A stretch of 49,464 nt of DNA, filler included, from Jimgerdemannia flammicorona (GCA_003990765.1; 2 parts of 2 records of this genome joined end to end with filler, not necessarily neighbours in it); one strand, 5' to 3'; positions 11,989-25,271 are shown, numbered from the whole stretch's first letter. The notes: generated by a model not told the origin, from the sequence alone. Program-made: numbers and translations.

Positions 11989-14867
11989 ATGACAAATTCG
12001 CAAGGTGTCGGTATCACGGCAGACGAAAATCCGCAAAGTCAACCAAAACAGAGAGGATCATTGACCACAGTGTCGAACATCCCATTGCCGACCAAGGACG
12101 CAACCCTTTTGGACAACGGTACGATCAAACGTAAACGTGATACCGCAGACGAGCAGCAACAGAAGGTTTTAGATGAGCTGCAAAAAGAAGAACTAGGAAG
12201 CACGAATTCAGATCTATGGGTTGAAGGTGCGCCTTCGGATGAAGAGAAGGGGTCTGCACCTACAAGAGCGGCTGGGAATTTAGACGACGTGACAGATCAA
12301 CAGACAAGATTGCCATTCGGTATGCTGATGGTTGTTTATGTGGGGTGAGTCTACAAGCGCTATTTGAACGAAAATGGTTAAGTCGCTATCCCAGTGTGCC
12401 TTAGACTAATATTTGTTGCAATATTTCGATTTTAGGTTGATGTTCGGCTATTTCTTGGCATCTGTGGATGGAACTATTATTGCTACCGCTCTTCCAAAAA
12501 TTGCGAGTACTTACAACCAACTGAACGAAGCACCATGGGTACGTTTTGACAAATCCACTGAGCTTTCTTCCCCTGGACTACAAAATTCTAATACAACTCA
12601 ATTAACAATCGCTGAACGCTTTGCAGGTCGCGACATCATACATGATAGCAAAGTGACTACCTCTATTCTTCAATTTCAATTTCATATCTCCGCGTAGATT
12701 GCTATTTCTAACACTTATATTTTAAACATCCACCTAAAGTAACGCGTGCCAGGTGATTTTTGGAAAGATGTCTGACATCTTCGGTCGACGATCTACCATT
12801 GTCTTTGCCCTCACTACGTTCTTGGTTGGTTGCTTAATTTGCGCGACGGCCAACGACTTTATTACCATGATTGCCGGGAGAATTTTATCCGGAATTGGTG
12901 GTGGAGGTAAGTGACCGCTTCCAGTCTCTAAATATGTTTGCACGCGCTGTAAGGATTGATTTCCAGTTCATAATGTTCATATTATCACGCTCCAATTCAA
13001 CAAAAAAAAAAAAAAGGCATTATTGCTACTACCCTTGTTCTCATCAGCGACATTTTCCCAATGGAGTCACGCGGTCGTTATCAAGGGTGAGAAATATTAG
13101 TGATTCCAAATGACATTCCTTGCTATATCGAAACCCCGTTTTCGGTGTCTGACATTTTCCGTTTATCGCACTAGTATAACTGGAGCTGTGTTTGGCCTGG
13201 CGAGCGCCGTCGGACCGGTTCTAGGAGGTAAGGGGGAGGTTTACAAAATAAATAAAACCTTCAGAAGTAGCATTCTGACAAATTTCCATTCGTTTTACGA
13301 CCTATATTCATATCATGCAGGTGTCCTCACAGACAAGCTTGATTGGCGATGGTAATATACATAGTTGGTGCTAACTTTTATGCCGTCATTCATTCTTGGA
13401 GCCTTTCCAAACATAGCTGACTATCTTACAACTTATATATACATGCAGGATTTTTTGGATCAATCTCCCCTTCGGTTGCCTCTCTTTGGTCCTTCTCGCT
13501 TCTCTCTTACGGCTGCCGAAGGTCAAGGGTTCGATTCGCCACAAGCTTCATCGCATTGATTACGCAGGCATCGCTTTCATGGCCGGGGCGCCCACTTTTT
13601 TGCTGCTAGCCATTAATTTTGGCGGCAACGATTATGCTTGGGATAGTCGTAAGAATGTTTTCCTAAATATATCACATTAATGCATAGGCCTTTCGATTCT
13701 TCTCACCCTTTAAATATTCGCATCTCCAAAGCAATCGTCGTTTCCTGCTTCTGGGCTGCCGGCGTCTCCCTTGGCATCTTCTTAGCCATCGAGGCTTTCT
13801 GGGCCAAGGAGCCCGTCATTCCACTTCGTCTTTTCAAGAATCGCTGGATAGTTTCCATCACCATTGGCAACTTCTTCTGCACTTGGACCATGGTTGCTTT
13901 TATTATCTATCTTCCGCTGTTTTACCAAGTTGTTCATGGTGACACACCGACAATTTCAGGCACGAAAATGATTCCGATGATGGGTAAGTAGTATAAGTAA
14001 GTTCGAGAGTGTGCTATGTAATTATGTCGTTCCGGCTCTGAACATTTTATTCGTCGCTCTACTTACGATTTTCGTGTTTTTTTTTTTTTTTTTTTTTTCC
14101 CGTTGTTAGTTGGCCTCATCATTTTCGCCATCTCCAGCGGCATTTTTGTCTCACGCAAAGGCTACGCAAACCGGTCCATTGTTCTCGGCACTGTGGTTCT
14201 GACCATTGGATCTGCTCTCGTCTCAACGTTTGATCAGTACTCTGGCGCCGTCAAGGAGTATTGCTACACAATAATCGTCGGCGCCGGTATTGGCATGTTT
14301 ATGGCTCCGTCCATCACGGCTGTGCAGGGCGCAGTGGATCAAAAAGGTTGATATTGCGATTTGAAAATAACTAAGAAGGACTGGATAGAGGGAAAGTTGT
14401 TTAATCTAACACCTATCCCGATATTTCCTCAAAAGATGTGGCAATCACTACTTCGCTGGTGTCCTTTTTCCGTCTGTTGGGTAGTGCTTGTGGTATCGCT
14501 GTCTTTGGTTGTGTTCTTCAGAACCAGCTTGCCGCTAAACTTATTGGCGTTTTGCCCGCTGCTCTAGTAAGGATAGTACACTTCTAACCTGTTATTCGAC
14601 TCGGTGCTTTCATGTCCTTTTTCTCACTTATACCATCATTTTTTTACCAAAACCCAGTTCGAGAGCGCCAAAACCTCCGTAGATGGGCTGGATCGGCTTC
14701 CCCTCGATCTTCGCGCGTCCGTGATCCAGGCGTACGTGGAGTCAATCCAGCTCAATCTTCAGATTTTGATAGGCATCTCCGCACTAGGGTTTCTTGCGGT
14801 AACTACTTTGATCGGATGGGAACGAAATACCGGCAAAAAGACCGTACAGCCGATGCAATCCGAATAG
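11989..14867 (+). CDS. Multi-exon MFS multidrug transporter (DHA2 / EmrB-QacA-like, 14-TMS type)
   Basis: Spliced motifs LASVDGTIIATALPKIA, WVATSY, FGKMSDIFGRR, ASAVGPVLGG, WRWIFWINLP, IDYAG, EPVIPLRLF; GT-AG introns; stop TAG at 14865-14867. Confidence 0.92.
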
Positions 14868-15414
14868 ATAGGAAAAAACGATGCTAATAAATTGGTGGAA
14901 CAAAAATCAAGTAGAGTTGCAGACTTTGATGATGGTTATTAGGTTATGAGGCATTCGCACACATCTATAAGTATGTTTTTAGAATTCGACAAAGATACTA
15001 TGAATCAGCATCCTTAAATCGATCCCACCCCCAATTTTCTGCATCAATTCCAGGAAAATTGGGTGTTGTGAAATTTGCCTGTGTAAGAGGCGATATCTTC
15101 TAAGCGACTCTGATTTAGTACACATTAACCAAACGGCAAATGCTGGCCTTCGATTGAAGTACGGGATATACAGTGAGAGACAAAACCTTTCTGTTTTATT
15201 ATTATTTTTAAAAAATATATTGTGGCCTAAATATGAATATTATTAACCCCCAGATTTTAATCAATAATAAAGCAGCATCTGGGCTTTATACAGTATGAAT
15301 TTATTTGATTTGAATAATTATTTATAGAATTTATAGTGCAATAAAATAACATTGATCATTGGAAAGATTTTGTCTCTGATATGTTTCTGATACAAAATCA
15401 CTATTTATTAGTAC

Positions 15415-16727
15415 TGTAACAAACTAAGACATACCACTCAAATTATACCTTAGCTAGATGACACAAACAATTAGCCAAGATGATATAAACACACAGCATA
15501 GTAACCAGCAACCATTGCTGCAAAAATTGTATAATTAGCCAGATATACCATAAAGGGTCTGTTTATCTGTACAGACTCTGTATACCATACAGACTCTGTA
15601 CACTGTTCAGGTCCTGTACACTATATAGACTCTGTACACCTGCCATAAGTAGCAAACCTATAATTAGCCACATAGTAACCAGATAGCAACCACAATGTAT
15701 AAATTACCCCAGAGATAAGAGTGAATAAACCTCAGTCTGAAATTGAATACAAAAGCAAAAGACAAGTCTGCCTACTATACTTTGAGAGATATATCTACCA
15801 AAAGCCACTTGATCCAGAAAGAATTGCAACACTTAGGAGAAATGTCTGCTCTAAAGCCACTACTAGGAGATTGTAAGCATTGGTTCCCTTTTTCCACTCT
15901 GGTCTACTTTCCAATACAAAGAATGAGTTCATTTTTGGTTTACTTGCCAGATAAGCCTGAAGATTTGCTATCTAAGTTTAAGGAAGAACTTTGCTGCCCT
16001 TTCTCAGTTGAAGTCACTGATTCAGAAAAAATCCATACTATTCAAGTTATTTCCCAGAAGCCCACCAATTCCAGAGAATTCACATTATCTGCTATTTTCA
16101 AGTTATTTATATTCCCAGAAGAGTCCAATTTAGAAAGAATTCATATCATTCAAGTAGTATTTCCAGTTAAAGCTAATTTAGAAGAATCTGTATCATCCAA
16201 GTTATCTATGCCAATCTAAGTTATCCATTGTTCTCAGTGAGCCCAAGTTATTGAGTAATCCACCATCAGTATTATTTCCAGTAAGAAGAACCTATGCCAT
16301 CCTCTATTCTCAGTGAGCTGAATTGAGTTATCTATCAGAAATCGCATACTTTTGGAAATCATCATGCTATACAGAGATCATCACACAGAGATCACTACTA
16401 CCCAAGAAGGAGAACTACTAAATTGTCAGACCATCACATATAGAGATCATTGCATTATATATGAAATTCTACTAATTTCTAGTTGACCTAAGAAGGAAAC
16501 CCATTTATATATATAAATCACTGCTATATCTAGAGAACTATCTCAATTAGGAAATCCACACAAATTGCTCACAGATATCTAGCTTTAACTATTATACCAC
16601 TAAACACTAAGAACCTTGGGAATTATAGAACATTTTGTTGCTTTTTGACAAAGTAACTAGGGGCTTAAGCCAAACTACATCAATCTCCAATCTTGTAATT
16701 CGCCTCCATTGAGCCAGGCACATTACA
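15415..16727 (+). repeat. 5' LTR of element B
   Basis: TGTAAC...ATTACA termini; colinear with 23182-24682; contains four ~18-bp near-palindromic units (ctgtacagactctgtaca) at ~15567-15638. Confidence 0.92.
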
Positions 16728-16729
16728 TT

Positions 16730-16747
16730 TGGGAGCTCAACTGGGAA
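16730..16747 (+). promoter_or_regulatory. Primer-binding site, probably tRNA-Pro type
   Basis: tgggagctcaactggga two bases after the LTR resembles the tRNA-Pro PBS TGGGGGCTCGTCCGGGA, mostly by transitions. Confidence 0.65.
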
Positions 16748-19700
16748 GATTTCAAAATCAATATAACTTTTCAGCTCACAGGAACCTACAGTCAAACTGG
16801 ATATATTTGATCCAATACCAACCTCTGCCACTACAGAAGAACCAGTTATTACCAGTATCTGGACAGGAAGAGAAGTAATCACCTCAAGACTTGCCAACTA
16901 CTCAGTATCAGAAGAATTCCAACCAGAACCAGAAGGCAGTATAGCCCAAAATCCCCAACCAGATCAATCAGACAGTATAGGTAGCCCTGCTAGAAATTTT
17001 GAAGAACTTGTACAAAAACTAGAAGATCTTATCACATGAATCTGAGATCTTACAGCCAGACACCCCATACTAGTCCCATCAATCTCACTAATAGAACCTT
17101 TATCACAATCCCTTGCAGAGTTGGAAATAGCTCCTACAAGAATATCTAGGCTTATTCTACTTTGTCCAAGATCCAGAACACTATCCTCAAGATACCCAAG
17201 TACCTCCATCTCCAGTGACAGTTCAGAAAGTAAATCAGAATCAGAATCTGAACCTAAATCAGAATTAGAAGAAAGTGATGATGAAATGGCCATCTCATTA
17301 CCAACCTTTGCAAGATACCCAGAGAAAGACTCCAGAGAATTCCTTGATAGAATTGGAGGAATTGCAGTCTTGAGGAATCTCTTAGATGAAAGAAAAATCA
17401 CCATCTACAAGGCTCAGCTCAGAGAACCAGCCAGAGGAATTTTCTACTGAATAGCAAATAACCCAGATTTAGAACTGGCAAGATAGATACAAGCAGCAAT
17501 ATCTTACAAGCTAGAATATGAAGCTATGGTCTACTGGCTCATTAAAAAGTATACAGAAAATGAAACCTACCACAAGGCTTAAGAATCCATCATAGGGATG
17601 AAGATGAATCTTAGAGAATTGCCCAGAGCCTTCTTTACAAGAATCCAGAAGAGAATGCATGCTGCCAGATTCAATGCTATCAACCAGGACATCATAGGTC
17701 CAATGATCTTCATGAATAGAATTCCCCCAAACATTATCCAGCATATCTACACCCTAGGCATCAGAAGGTCCAAAGAGCAAATAGATGCAGCTCAAGGATT
17801 CTTTGATGTCAGACAAAGAACTACCTGGAGTGATCATGACAAGAAAAAAGATAAAGAAGACATCCTGATCAAAGCCCTACAAGGACTCTTTCAAGGACAA
17901 GAAAGATCTGAAGAAAGAAGACCAGCCAAGGAAGGAAAAAAGAACAGAAGCAAAATTCAAGACCTTAGCTCCAAATTGGACTGATTGGTTAAATATATTG
18001 AAAAACTTACCACATGTGAAAATCGAGACTACTAAGACAACAGAGGATACCCACCACAGAGGAGCCAAGGTTATTTACCAAGAGATAACAGGAATTACTA
18101 GTAAGAAGAAAGAAGGTACTTAGTCCAAGACAGAGCCCAAGTCCAATGCTTTCACTGTGGACAATTCAGACACTATGCTACTGAATGTGATATGTAACAA
18201 AAGAAATGACCAAAGGGACTCAGAACCACAAAACTGAAGGAATGACACTTGGTACAAGAAGACTGAAGCCCATTCTGTTGAAGATTTCGAAGAAGCAAGC
18301 AATAGTAAAGACTACAGTAACCTAGACTTGTATCCTACCAAGATTACCACTCAGAAAACAGTCTACCCATTAGAGAAAAAGAAGAGACCTGTAGGAAGGC
18401 CATCCAGAAATGTCAGCAGAAGAACTATCCAAGAGGAAGATGAAGAACATAAAGAAGAACAAGTAGAAATACCTCCCCAGACTCCTTCATCTTTTGTTCC
18501 CAAGACAAATGAGCTACTACTAGAAGATAAAGAAATGGAATAAGAAGAATGGGAACCTGCTGCCCCAAAGCCCAAAAAGAAGTATACCCCAAGGACTATG
18601 CCTAGAGACATCTACAATGAAGCTTGGCAGAAGATTCAAGAAGCCAAGATGGAAGTTTCCCTCCTGCAGTTCCTGCAATTGACACTAGCTGGAATCCAAA
18701 ACAAATTGTTGAAAACAACCAGATCCAGTACTGGCTGAGTTCCCATTCCACAGCAAGAACCAGCTTCCATCTCTATCCAAGCAGCTAAAAGACATATCAG
18801 TACCTACCTATATGGAGACATTGGAGGACAGAAGGCAAAGATCCTCATAGACACAGGAGCAGCTATCTGTATTATTGCCAAATGATTCCTGGATACCCTC
18901 CAATGGCCCATTGATAGACCATCCAACCTCAGCATCATAGTAGCAGATGGAGCCCAAACTCAACCCCTTGAAGAAGTATGAAACATCACTATCTCTCTTG
19001 GACACATTCAGTTCTCCATCCTGAAAGCTATTGTCACTGAAGCTATCACCTATGATATGATTCTTAGTACCAACTGGATGAAGGAAATGAATGCAGTTGT
19101 TGATATTAGTCAACAAGTACTCAAGTTTGACTACTGAGACAAGAAGTACAGAGTTAAGGTGACCAGTTATGAGCAATTGAAGAAAAAGCAGAAGGTCACT
19201 ATTCAGGAGAAATATGCCAGCAGTGAAGAATCTACTACAGAGAAAGAAGAAGAATCTAAAGATGGAAATAATCCCAGACTCAATCCCCAAATTAACCTGG
19301 TAGATGACAGACCAGAAAATAATATGTGGGCCAAGAACATCATCCCTATCATCATTGGAGCTATTGCAGGAGAAATCAAAGGATGCCCTACCTGCCTCAA
19401 GAGATACAAGTATCTCGAGCATTCCTCCAAGATTATGGGAACAAGGAAATCACCTAGCACAGCCTGTCCAGAGTGTAGAAAGAAGAAGAAATACAGATAT
19501 ATTCCAGAAATACCTACAACCAAAGCTGCAGGGATATAAGTAATTTAGGGTCAAGAATTATTCAAGGAAGAAGAAACTTCTGACCAAGAATTTCCAGAGC
19601 AAGAAGCACCTGAAGAAGAAGAGGTCTTTGAACTCATTCCCTGAGATGACCCTCACTGGACACCACCTGAAGATAATGACTCCTGAAATATGGAAGAAGG

Positions 19701-20469
19701 ACCCAGCATAATTACCATTATCCCAAAGAAAGAAACTCACCAAGAAAAGGCTTTTTGGTTAGGAAGATGTCCACACCAAATGGTCTTTTACTCTCCCTGA
19801 GACTACTGCTATCAGTGTCATTTATTAGACCAATAGGAGAGATAGAGACCCCAGAGACTAGAACCCCTGAATATACTTATACAGTCAACTACCTTCCAAG
19901 AAGTTACCACTAAGTTGCAAAGCTGATTCAGGGGATAAGACTTCTTCACCTGGACAGAAATATATCTCTTGTCTACTCTTCTACCCACTTATGACCAAGA
20001 TGGGTACTGATTTCCAAGACAACAAGAGATCAATAATTGGAAATATCATTTTCGAGTAATAGGATATAGCAACTATAGAAGACACCCTGACTGCTGAGAC
20101 TGCAGATATCAAAAGATTCATCTAAGTCATGATGTTGCAATCCATACTTTGAAGAGAGGAGATAACAGAGGCCAGATCTGAAAAAGCCAGATTCAAAAAA
20201 GCCAGACCAAGAAGCTAGAAAGAAGAATCCTTAAGATTTATAATTTGGGAGAAGACATCCTAGCTCTCATCAGACATGCAATCTACCAAGGATGGGCAGA
20301 AGTTGCCACCAACTTCATGAAAGCCCTAGATCCTATAGGAAAAAGAGGAATCAACTACCTCTAAGACCCCTCTACTGGAGCCAGATGGCCACACCTCAAC
20401 CTCAGAGCCTGGAGGCTCTCTGCTAGTGGAGCTTCAGCTCTAGGACAATCCAAACTTAGCAAGGACATT

Positions 20470-20880
20470 GCCCAGTATTCCCTGCTATATCCTAAGGCCA
20501 AACTCTTGACCAAAGCTCACCTAGAAGATATAGGGTATAATCTTCACAGTCTAGAAGATGAATCTATCAAGTCTGGAAAAACCTTCATGATCAGAACTAG
20601 ATTAGCCATGCAGTCACCCCAAGGAGCTTATATCTAACTGACCTCAAGGTCTGGACTTGCTAGACAAGGAATAACTATAGAAGGAGGAATCATTGACCCA
20701 GGGTATATAGGCGAAATTAAGGTTATTCTACACAACAGTAGTATGAAATAGCACTGAATCATTAGAGGACAAAAGATTGCCTAAGTAGTCTTCATGAAGG
20801 TCAAGACTCCACAGTTACAAGAAGTCTCTGAACTAACTGAAAGAACAAGACAAGCTAAGAGATTTGGAAGTTCAGACAGG
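20470..20880 (+). pseudogene. dUTPase domain remnant in pol of element B
   Basis: DIGYNL, SRSGLA, EGGIIDPGYIGEIKVIL, RGQKIA*, RFGSS correspond to dUTPase motifs I-V. Confidence 0.9.
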
Positions 20881-22626
20881 AAGGAAGTATATCTCCTTTA
20901 GGTCAACCATCTCAAGAGGAATGTTCCCCAGCAAGTGTACCAGCAACCAGTTAGACTACATAAGAATCTTATCCTGGAGCCTAGAGAACAAACCACCTTC
21001 GAAATCTTTGCACCACCTAATCTCAGAAACCTTTTCTTTGAACCCAAGGAAGATATTTCCTACCTAGATATAGAGAGATATACATTCCCTGACAAGATGA
21101 ACCTGGTACATTCCTAAGCAACCAACCAAAGCTAGGAAACCATCATCTTGCCAAAAGGAACTATCATAGGACATCTGGTGCCTTTTCTCAACTGAACTTA
21201 CAGAGAAGTTTACAAACTAAACCTATTGAGAAATGGCAAAAGGTCCCAGAAGAAAGGAAAGACCCCTCTATAACCCAGGAGATAGTGAAGCCTTCCACCA
21301 ATATTGGAGAAGAATTGACACCTCAACAACAGCAACAACTAGTAGAACTTCTCAACAAATACCAAGACATCTTCACTACTGATTATGGCAACCTGCCATA
21401 CAATCCATTATATTACTATAGCATAAATATAGGAAATATAACACCCATCTAACAGAAACCCTATAGAATATCCCATCCCTTAAAAATATTTGAAAAAGAG
21501 CACATTTAAGAACTCTTAGACAATAGAGTCATCTGACCCTCTACTAGTCCCTGGATCAGTCCTATACTTATCATACCAAAGAAAGGAGAATGGAGACTCT
21601 GTGTGGATTATAGAAAACTCAATTCAGTCACTGAAAAAGATGCCTATTCTTTGCCCAGAATCAATGACCTTTTGGATCAGTTACAAGATACCAGATACTT
21701 CAGTAGTATAGACCTTTTCACAGGATTCTATGAGATTCCCATGAACCTCAGAGATATTAAAAAAACAGCCTTCCTTGTTCTAGGAAAACTATTTGAGTAC
21801 CTCTGAATGCCCTTTGGACTTTGCAATGTACTCTCCACCTTCCAGAAGATGATGAATTCAGTCTATGCCCCTTTGATCCATCACTGCCTGATTGTATATA
21901 TAGATGATTCTAACATCTATTTAGTAAATTTTGAAGAATACCTGTATCACCTAGAGGAATTCTTCAAGCTTACTCACAAAAACCACTTGGACTGAATGCA
22001 AAGAAATGCTACTTTGGAAAACAGAAACTTGAATTTCTTGGATTCATAGTTTCAAAAGAAGAAACCTATGCAGACCCAAAGAAAACCAAGAAGATCAACA
22101 ATTGGCTAATACTTAAAACTCTGAAGGAAACACTATTATTTCTGATGCTAGTATTCTACTACAGAAGGTTTATCAGGGACTTTGCCCAAATTGCTGCCCC
22201 AATCCAAATCCTTCTCAAGAAAGGAGTACTATTTAAATAAACAGAATCACAAGAAAAAGCCTTCAAAGAACTCAAGAACTGCATGACTACAGCACCAATC
22301 CTTGTATACTCCAATTTATAGAAGCCATTCATCTTGTATACAGATGCTTCTAAAGATGGCCTCAGAGCAGTTCTAGCCCAAGAAAGATAAAAGAAGTATT
22401 ATAACTAGAAACAGAAAGATCAGGAGATCAAGATTGGAGATCAAGTACTAGTTTGGAGAAGTATAATTGAAACAAATTTTGCTGCCAAATTGGAACCCAA
22501 ATGGGAAGAACCTTATCTTGTACACAACATCAGAGAAACTAGCATCTATTTAAGAAGTATGGATAGACGAACTCTGAGAACACCAGTATATATCAATTAT
22601 CTCAAACTATATCTTCCCTCTACATC

Positions 22627-23142
22627 ATGAGCCAAAGGATTGATCAGTGCCTCTAGATATTGGTCCTCAGCTCCTTCTAGGCCCTATCAGTTCCTCTATC
22701 TCAATTCGACCAAGCTAATGAAAACCCCCTTCAGAAGATCCAAGTTCACTAAGAAAATCTCACTCTGGCCAGATACCTACTATAAATCCACCAACTGCAG
22801 GCCTATTATATAATTAGTGAACAATTGCAGAACCTTCCAGCCCCAGAGCAGACCTATATCAGGAATACTACCAGTCTGACCAGAAGAGACACTACTGCTG
22901 CAGACAGACTATACACTATTTACAAATGAAATATCACAACTCTGACACAGGCACAGTTCTCCCTGAATAACATTCAAGGAATAAACTCTACTACCTATTT
23001 GAGCCTCATCAATGCTGTCGAAATCCTATTCTCTGAAGAAGAAGAAGAGCCCATAGAATAAAGTGACCCTAGTACAGACAATGAAGATGATGGAATAGAT
23101 ATAGATGCAGAAGTAGCCTATACTTATTGGGATGATGACTGA
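22627..23142 (+). pseudogene. Decayed third ORF (172 codons, acidic tail) after pol of element B
   Basis: ATGA overlap with the pol stop (22627-22630); one frame to TGA 23140-23142; internal stops are all C->T-derivable. Confidence 0.72.
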
Positions 23143-23181
23143 AGAATAGTCTAAGACAGACTATCCTTTAGTAGGGGCTGA

Positions 23182-24682
23182 TGTAATAAACCAAGATGTA
23201 CTATCTGAATTATACCTTAGCCAGATGACACAAACAATTAGTCAAGATGATGTGAACATATAGTATAGTAACTGGCAACCATTGCTATGGAAATTGTATA
23301 ATTAGCTAGACATACTATAAAGGGTCTATTTACCTGTACAGACTCTGTATACTATACAGATCCTGTACCAAGGATCTGTACAGAGTAGTGGGAGAGTAGA
23401 GATAGTGTCAGACAAAGTGGTCTTTTATCAGATAAGAGTAGGGGGGGGGAGGGGGGGGGCCCCTAGGGGAATTGGATAGGGGGTGGGATCACTGTATTTA
23501 TATAAGATAGATGGGCATAATAAAGGAAAGAAGTCCAAGTGACTATGAAAAAAAAAAAAAGTATAGGTCCTATATACTGTACAGACTCTGTACACCTGCC
23601 ATAAGTAGTAAATCTATAATTAGCCACATAGTAACCAGATAGCAACCACAATGTATAAATTACCCCAGAGACAAGAGTGAATAAACCTCAGTCTGAAATT
23701 GAATCCAAAAGTAAAAGATAAGACTGCCTACTATACTTCAAGGGATACATCTGCTAAAAGCCACTTATTCCAAAAAGGATTACAATACTTAGGAGAAATG
23801 TCTGCTCTAAAGCCACTACTAGGAGATTGTAAGCATTAGTTCCCTTTTTCTACTCCAGTCTACTTTTCAATACAAAGAATGAGTCTATTTTTAGTTCACT
23901 TGTCAGATAAGTCTGAAGATTTGCTATACAAGTTTAAGGAAGAACTTCACTGCTCTTTTCCAGCTGAAGTTACCAATTCAGGAAGAATCCATACCATCTG
24001 AGTTATTTCCCAGAAGCTCGCCAATTCTAGAGAATCTATGTTATCTGCTGTTTTCAAGTTATCTATATTTCCAGAAGAGCCTGATTCAGGAAGAATCTAT
24101 ACCATTCAAGTAGTATTCTCAGTTGAAGCCAATTCAGAAGAATCCACGGCATTCAAGTTATCTATACCAATCCAAGTTATCTGTTATTCCTAGTGAGCCT
24201 GAGTTATTAAGTAATTTGCCATCAGTATTATTCCCAGTAAGAAGAACCCATATCATTCTCTATTCCCAGTGAGCCAAATCAAGTTATCTATCAGAAATCA
24301 CATATTTTTAGAAATCATTACACTATATAGAGATCATCACATAGAGATCACTGCTACCCAAGAAGAAGAACTACTAAATTACCAGACCATCACATATAGA
24401 GATCATCATACTATATATAAAATTCTACCAATTCCCAGTTGATCTAAGAAGGAAACCTGTTCATATACACAAATCGCTGCTATACCCAGAGAACTATCCC
24501 AATTAGGAAATCCACACAAATTGCTTATAGATATCCAGCTTTGACTATTATACCACTAAATACCAAGAACCTCGGAAATTATAAAACATTTTATTATTTT
24601 TTGACAAAGTAACTAGAGACTCAAGCCAAACTACATCAACCCCCAACCTTGTAATTTGCCTCTGTTGAGCCAGGTATATTAC
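23182..24682 (+). repeat. 3' LTR of element B (with ~190-bp private insertion), ending at the assembly gap
   Basis: TGTAAT start after PPT; matches the 5' LTR to ...caggtatattac; extra segment ~23369-23560. Confidence 0.92.
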
Positions 24683-24782
24683 NNNNNNNNNNNNNNNNNN
24701 NNNNNNNNNNNNNNNNNNNNNNNNNNTTAATTAATTAANNNNNNNNNNNNNNNNNNNNNNNNNNNNNNNNNNNNNNNNNNNN
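24683..24782. other. Assembly gap / artificial contig spacer
   Basis: Exactly 100 positions of N with a central TTAATTAATTAA (24727-24738; stops in all six frames). Confidence 0.95.
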
Positions 24783-25271
24783 TTTTAACAGACTGATGAC
24801 TGCTCTCAATCTGGTACCCTACTAGTTTACTATAATTACTCTTTCTTCTATCTGTAATAATCATCTCCTCTCTTATCCTGACTCCACCCCAAAAAACAGT
24901 CACCTATACTAGAACTACACTTACCAAGAAACTTGCCAAAGCCAGAGAGCCCCACCACAGGCATCAAAAATCTATAGATAACCTATACTGAGTACTTAAT
25001 ATCTAAGATCAGCTAACTCTCTACATAATCTATCATATATTAAGATAATATATTGTTAGTAATAACAAAAGGAAGAAAGTGCTACACCAAAACAGGTATA
25101 CCCCAGATATAGCCAAAGACACCAGAAACCATAAAAAGTGAAGAAAACACTAATCAGATACTAATAAAAGGGCAACTTATCACTATTACCTTTCTCTCAT
25201 TGCACCCATACAGGTATAGCAAACCACACTAGGGTAGAGGGTGAGAAGTTAGGGGAAAAGAGACCCAGACA
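24783..25271. repeat. Unclassified CpG-free repeat fragment, possibly an LTR end
   Basis: Same CpG-depleted composition as the retroelements; ends ...cccagaCA just before the nuclease remnant. Confidence 0.35.

Larger units (their letters stand above)
15415..24682 (+). mobile_element. Degenerate Ty3/Gypsy LTR retrotransposon (element B) with ~1.3-kb LTRs, dUTPase, internal RNaseH/integrase deletion and ORF3
   Basis: LTRs 15415-16727 and 23182-24682. Zinc knuckle CFHCGQFRHYATEC 18147-18188, protease ILIDTGA 18841, dUTPase ~20470-20880, RT CVDYRKLN / MPFGLCN / YIDD, RNase H start FILYTDAS ~22330, integrase tail KLEPKWEEPY ~22490, PPT tagtaggggctga. Confidence 0.95.

Noticed and set aside
16964..17404. 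146-aa Ser-rich minus-strand ORF
   Set aside because: Antisense to the gag region of element B; low complexity mirrors the Glu/Ser-rich sense frame.
24727..24738. TTAATTAATTAA palindrome inside the N-run
   Set aside because: Artificial six-frame-stop spacer. It also means adjacency of the two sides of the gap is unproven.
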